A stretch of DNA of 53,011 bases, the filler included, from Sphacelaria rigidula (Eukaryota), in the NCBI GenBank assembly GCA_964200075.2. It is 3 parts of 3 records of this genome, joined end to end, with 100 filler letters (N's around TTAATTAATTAA, not from the genome) between each part and the next. Parts side by side here need not be neighbours in the genome. Positions count along the whole stretch, not along the records: positions 35,416 to 53,011 come from CAXNAA020001032.1; 2 more parts are not named here. One strand, written 5' to 3'. Numbering within the stretch: the first letter of the stretch is position 1; the number at the start of each line of letters is the position of its first letter. Below the pieces are notes generated by a model. That model did not search any database, had not been told where the DNA came from, and saw nothing but the letters and a program-made list of their open reading frames with translations. A program made the position numbers and the translations under genes. This document shows positions 48,501 to 53,011 of this stretch, piece after piece.

Positions 48501-51500
48501 TATGGGAGCATCCCCCCGTTTCTTCGGATACCCGCTGGCCGTGTTGTGCATGTCTTCGTGACTGTTCTGGCGAAAAACATGCCACAAGTTTGTTGTCCGT
48601 GTACATTTGAACGCTGCTGCTGTACAGCCGTGTTGTTCGCAGTGGCGGTGACTCTCTCACTTTTGTATTGGCATGCCTTCGCCACGTCGGTGGCCTCCGT
48701 GCTTTGGCGAGACTGCAGCAAATGATTTGTCGGCCCATCAGCCAAGTCGGGCTGGCGACGGCTGTGCCGGAAGGTCATGCACAAGCAGCTATAATGGTGC
48801 TGTACTTGTACAGTAGGGCACCACCCGTCAACACACCACGCTACGAATTCTTCCGCCGTGCATGTTTCGACGGCCCCGTCCGTGCAGCCATTTGAATGCT
48901 TCCCTACAGTGTACCCGAGCCCTTGCCTCTCGCATCCAAACCTGTGAGTGTACAGGCGGTGGTCATCAGAGGCTGGGTAAATGTGACGTTTGACGAACGT
49001 TTTGAACTTTTTGTTTGACTTCGGCCCGGGCTTGGGCGCCAAAGGTCCATCCAGCCTCAGTTCAGTAGCAAGCGAAATGTATACCTGTAACTGCCTTAGT
49101 TTCAGCATACTGCGCATCATCCGAATACGCCCCTAATAAAATCCTCCTCCTTGAAAGAAATTGTTGCGCCGAACTCTCTTACCGGAGAATCGCGCTGGAG
49201 CGAGGAGGGTTGGTGCTCGAAGGGTTGGAAGCGACATCACGTCCACATGAAGTCATTCAGCGCCCGCGACCCCACCGCATATATGACAATCGCGCTAATT
49301 CATGGAGGATGACGGAAATGTAGGCGTAGATGGTCTCTAATTGGTCGGCCGATTCCAGCGTAACGCGATTGAGAGAGCGGATCGGTGACTTTGTAGGTGA
49401 TGTCTGCTGAAGGTGTGCTTGTAGCAGCAAGCACTTTTCCCGAATCCCTGTCTCTGCACCAACACCTTTTTTCCTCGAATCCTCGTACAAAATAAAGGGG
49501 GAAATAAGCTTACTTGGTGGACGCTCGAGCGCTTTAGCCCTGGTGATCGCCATGGTAGTCGATTTTTTCAATTGACAGCATTTCCAGCTGAAAAACTACT
49601 TTGAGGCCCACGTAATCCCCCTCCCCCCTTCCCCCCTCGACTATAAAACGGTTGAAATCAAGCCAACAAACGTTGCTATCAGTGTACGTGTAACTTGAAC
49701 TGTAGTCAAGATCACCAGTGACATGTTCGCCCTCATAGCGCACACTATTGCGGGTGGCCTTTTGTTGCCTGAGCTAGCTGCTTTGGGGGGTTCGGAATAT
49801 TGTCATGATCCTCTATAGAAGCGAGGGGAGCTGGGTCCGCAGGGTCGGTGCCACGCACAAATTCGTGTTGAAGTCGGTACCGCTAGTATAGCACGTAGTA
49901 CGGACCGATGTTCGCGGAATACGGAGGAGTTGCAAGTTCGGATATTATACTGACGGAGCCTTGAGCAAATACAACTGCGAGTGCCATGCTATGTATTGCG
50001 CCGGAAACTCCAACCTGCCCAGTCAGTCGTGGAGATTTTATGCTGCCCGTGAGAAATATGAGGGTAAAGCGCACCGTTTGGCGTCACACGGTCGTTCTTG
50101 CGCCAAACCAACGGTTATAACTTCGATTTATCGGTGGTTCTCGTAGTCAAATTCAAATCGGCGGGCAGTTGCCGACCCTCCAACGTAATTTTTGGCGCGT
50201 AAAAATCCAAATTCGCGGCGCGCCGACTTGCCGACGTGCCAACCCAATTTTTCACCCTGATGCTTACTGCCGCGCTAGTTCAAGTGAAAACAATGCTACG
50301 CTTGGATGTAACGAAGAAAATATGCCGCGCAGTTGATATTTGCCGCGTTGTCGTCGCACTTCCCGCTCAACAGGGCGACTTCCTCGAACTCGTCGCTCAC
50401 GTTTTGAATGTCGAACCACGGCATTCGAATCAAAATATTATTTCGATTTGGCCACGAATTCCAATGATGGTCGGTTCCCGAATAAGTAGATTTAAATCAG
50501 TTCGCTAGCTCTAGTTCTGAACCACTCGTGTTGCATGTAACGTCGCAGCAGGTGGCTGACGATGTCCTCTCTCACAACGGAAAGGGTCACGCCCACGCCA
50601 ACGGTAACGGGCACAATCACGGCGATGTGCTGACTACGGGTAGTCACTTCTCCAATGGATACTACTGTGGTGACGACGCCATGGATCAAGCGGGACACAG
50701 GTGGGCGAGAGGACAATGAAGGGAATTTGTGTTGGAAAATGACAGATGAGCAGACTGGATAACTTGCTTGGATTTGCCTGGGCGCCATCACTCTTTTCGG
50801 AACAATATTCCCGGGTAATCTTTGACGTCGGTAGCACCGATGCTGGAGCTGAGCAGATCATCACTGCTTGCTTCGTGCATGCCCCCTAGTGAAAATGTGC
50901 AGTGTATTTTTCCTTTGTTTTCCTTTTGTGTTGAATAGTGTGGACATGGCGTCGAGCTTCATGTCCAGGGGGGAGGATGACCGATACGATCCGGCGGGCT
51001 GCGACATGCCCAATGAGGAGGTGAGAGATGAGGCGACATATCTTGAACCTTCCAGTGAACGGTGTTCCTATTAAGTATAAGATGAGAAATTTCCAAAATT
51101 TCCGCAGCAATTCCTGAACCGACCATTGTCAACTGTGGTGCAGTAGGAGTACATATGTCATTGTTGTGCTTTTCCTGATGTGTTCATGTTCCAGCCGCCT
51201 TCGCGCCGACACGAGGGTCCCCAAATTTCCACCTAGTTTTTCCTGCCCCGACTTTTTTCCCGCTGTGGTCTGTGTGGAACTTTTTCAAGGGTCGGACAAA
51301 TAATGAGTCGTATGGAAATTATTTGGTTCTAGTATAACTGATTCGAATCGTACGAATCAATCCCTAGGCTTTGTTTTTAGCGTCCCAACCCAGGTACACG
51401 CAGCCCGGACACGTGGAATGACGCAAAAGTTGCGTGGATACCCCATGGACGAGCGGTCAACTTTTTTCTCGCTTTTGGGCAACCAGGCCGACGAAATCGT

Positions 51501-52622
51501 GGATTTGGTGATTCGTAGTCGTGACGATTCGTCCTAACCGTCAACTTTTTGTCTCGCGCGACATGCCAAGAAAGTACACGTATCACGAAGCCCGTCCCCG
51601 TCCCCGTCCCCCTCCCCTATCCTCGTTATTTCTTGTGCTTTCTCGATGCTGCAGGACATTGCGTCCAGTGTTCCGATTGAAATCACGTTCAGAGACCCGG
51701 CCGAGATGTCGTGGAACCACAACGGAAACTCCGGTGAGAACATTCGATAACATTCCCGAGCTGCCACGATTGATACTCGTTAGATTTTCACCACAGTAAA
51801 GTTGATTATCACTCTCTCGTGTCGTACTCTCGACTGTCCCCCACCTCGTTCAGAGGGAAAGTCTGGCGTCTCGCCGCTTGCACGTCCAAGTATGGTATAA
51901 CAGCTGTCTTGAAAAGCACTTTGTCGCAAAGCTACCACCGACTACCGCCACCACGAATAAACGCAAGGTTGCTATGTCAGTGGTTCATTCATGTGTAATT
52001 GCGTACACACGCATGTGTTCTCACCCGGCATAGAATCGTGTGCTGTGGTTCGTACTCGTGTTTTCACGCCAGTCACGAGCAGAAGCTGGTGGTGGTGACC
52101 TCCGAGGTTGATGTTTGTACCTCAGAAGTTGCCTCTTTAGTACGCGCCGTGAAGGGAAGGACGGGGGCCTTATCATCTGATGGAGGGAGGAAGTTCATGC
52201 AACTTGTACTGTAGTGGGGTGCTTGGCCATCTTGCGGGTGACGGTGCATGTCCAGGCGTCTACAGTCATCGCTGTCAAAGCAATTGTGACAGCTGCAAAT
52301 GGATGAGTGTCGGCCCGTTGACTCCTGTCGACAATCCCGTTCATGCCACTCTCGTTTCGCTTCTTTTTTTTTCCTTCATTTTGTCCTTGGCCCTGTGGCA
52401 GCTCTCTCGAAAAATTCCCCAAACGCTTGGGATGCGCCAGGGGCTGGCGGGAATGGTATCGAACAGTGGGGCACAAACACAGACGGCATGCGGCAAGCAA
52501 GGACGGGGGTTTTGGCGGGGGGGGGGATTGGGGGAGGGGCTCCGGCGCCACTGGTGAAGAGAAAGGTCGGCCTAGACAGTTTCAAGATCGTTAGGGTCAT
52601 CGGCAAGGGCAGTTTCGGCAAG
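45573..52622 (+). CDS. PX-domain AGC-family Ser/Thr protein kinase (SGK/PKB-like), 3'-partial; exons 45573-45705, 46002-46076, 46497-46634, 47584-47727, 50549(or 50552)-50700, 50939-51020, 51655-51733, 52402-52622
   Basis: All GT-AG with consistent phases (0,0,0,0,2,0,1,0). PX motifs WTVYRRYSSFRSL, LDRARVLLQQWLHQTL and ALRNFL; acidic/Gly-rich linker; kinase subdomain I KVGLDSFKIVRVIGKGSFGK typical of AGC kinases. Confidence 0.88.
47896..47999. mobile_element. piggyBac-type MITE (96 bp), reverse orientation relative to the 35984 and 36084 copies
   Basis: TGAA-CCCTTGACCATCAGG...CCTGGCGGTCGAAGGG-TTAA. Its reverse complement shares CAGGGTGGGTC and TTTTCAAGTGA with the other copies. Confidence 0.75.
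48430..50259 (-). mobile_element. Possible decayed hAT-like DNA transposon in a kinase intron
   Basis: Minus strand starts CAGGGTGAAAAATTGG at 50259, followed by repeated GTCGGCAA motifs. Weak remnants AIHSMALAV (CxxH-like) and KATRNS (TRWNS-like). No matching second TIR or 8-bp TSD found. Confidence 0.3.
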
Positions 52623-53011
52623 GTTGGTACATGGCTTCTTTCACCATTGATTCGTTTTTGAGATTATCTCTATTGTTGTTGTTGAAGAAGGATGCATAAA
52701 TGCTATGGAGGGGGAAAGGGGTAGTTGTGGGCGGAACAAGTGGTTTCTGACGGTTTTTGACATGCCATAAGTGTGAGTCTAGCCTGACGTCTACAATCTC
52801 CGTGATGAGAACATAGTTGCTTCCGGGGTGGACCATCGCACTCGGATTTCTGCACGACTAACTGGCACTTAAAGAGGCTCGCCAGCTTGCACGGCACGCG
52901 AAATTATTGCAGTCGGCAAAATCGGCGCCGCCCCCTCCCCCCTCCCCCCCCCCCCCCGCCGTGCCCCCGCTCCCCAGGCGGGGCTGGGCGATGGGCAAAA
53001 GCCTAATGCCA

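Overview
Eukaryotic, intron-rich and transposon-dense genomic DNA, most likely from a photosynthetic stramenopile such as a brown alga. This is inferred from GT-AG introns and a heterokont-type bipartite plastid-targeting peptide. It is a draft scaffold with two 10-N gaps and two 100-bp gaps carrying an artificial TTAATTAATTAA spacer. I rebuilt the host genes by hand from splice sites and phases: (1) the last six exons of a short-chain acyl-CoA dehydrogenase (568-15790, +), including a 25-nt micro-exon; (2) a PX-domain AGC Ser/Thr kinase (+), with eight phase-consistent exons at 45573-52622, running off the window, whose first two exons appear to lie about 25.6 kb upstream at 19640-19989; (3) a plastid-targeted protein of unknown function (-, 30217-29114); (4) a gene with an acidic low-complexity exon plus a fibronectin-III domain (+, 31943-34153); (5) a possible orphan gene (-, 19032-18586). 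Genes 3 and 4 fall inside the inferred giant kinase intron. The rest is decayed mobile DNA: nested LINEs, three tRNA-derived SINEs, a fossil piggyBac transposase with TTAA MITEs, a fossil Helitron with an intact 3' hairpin-CTAG end and an internally inverted helicase segment, a possible hAT remnant, and two palindromic tandem-repeat arrays. I saw no prokaryotic system, CRISPR array, rRNA, true tRNA or viral gene. Decayed-TE calls rest on motif recognition across frameshifts and need HMM confirmation.
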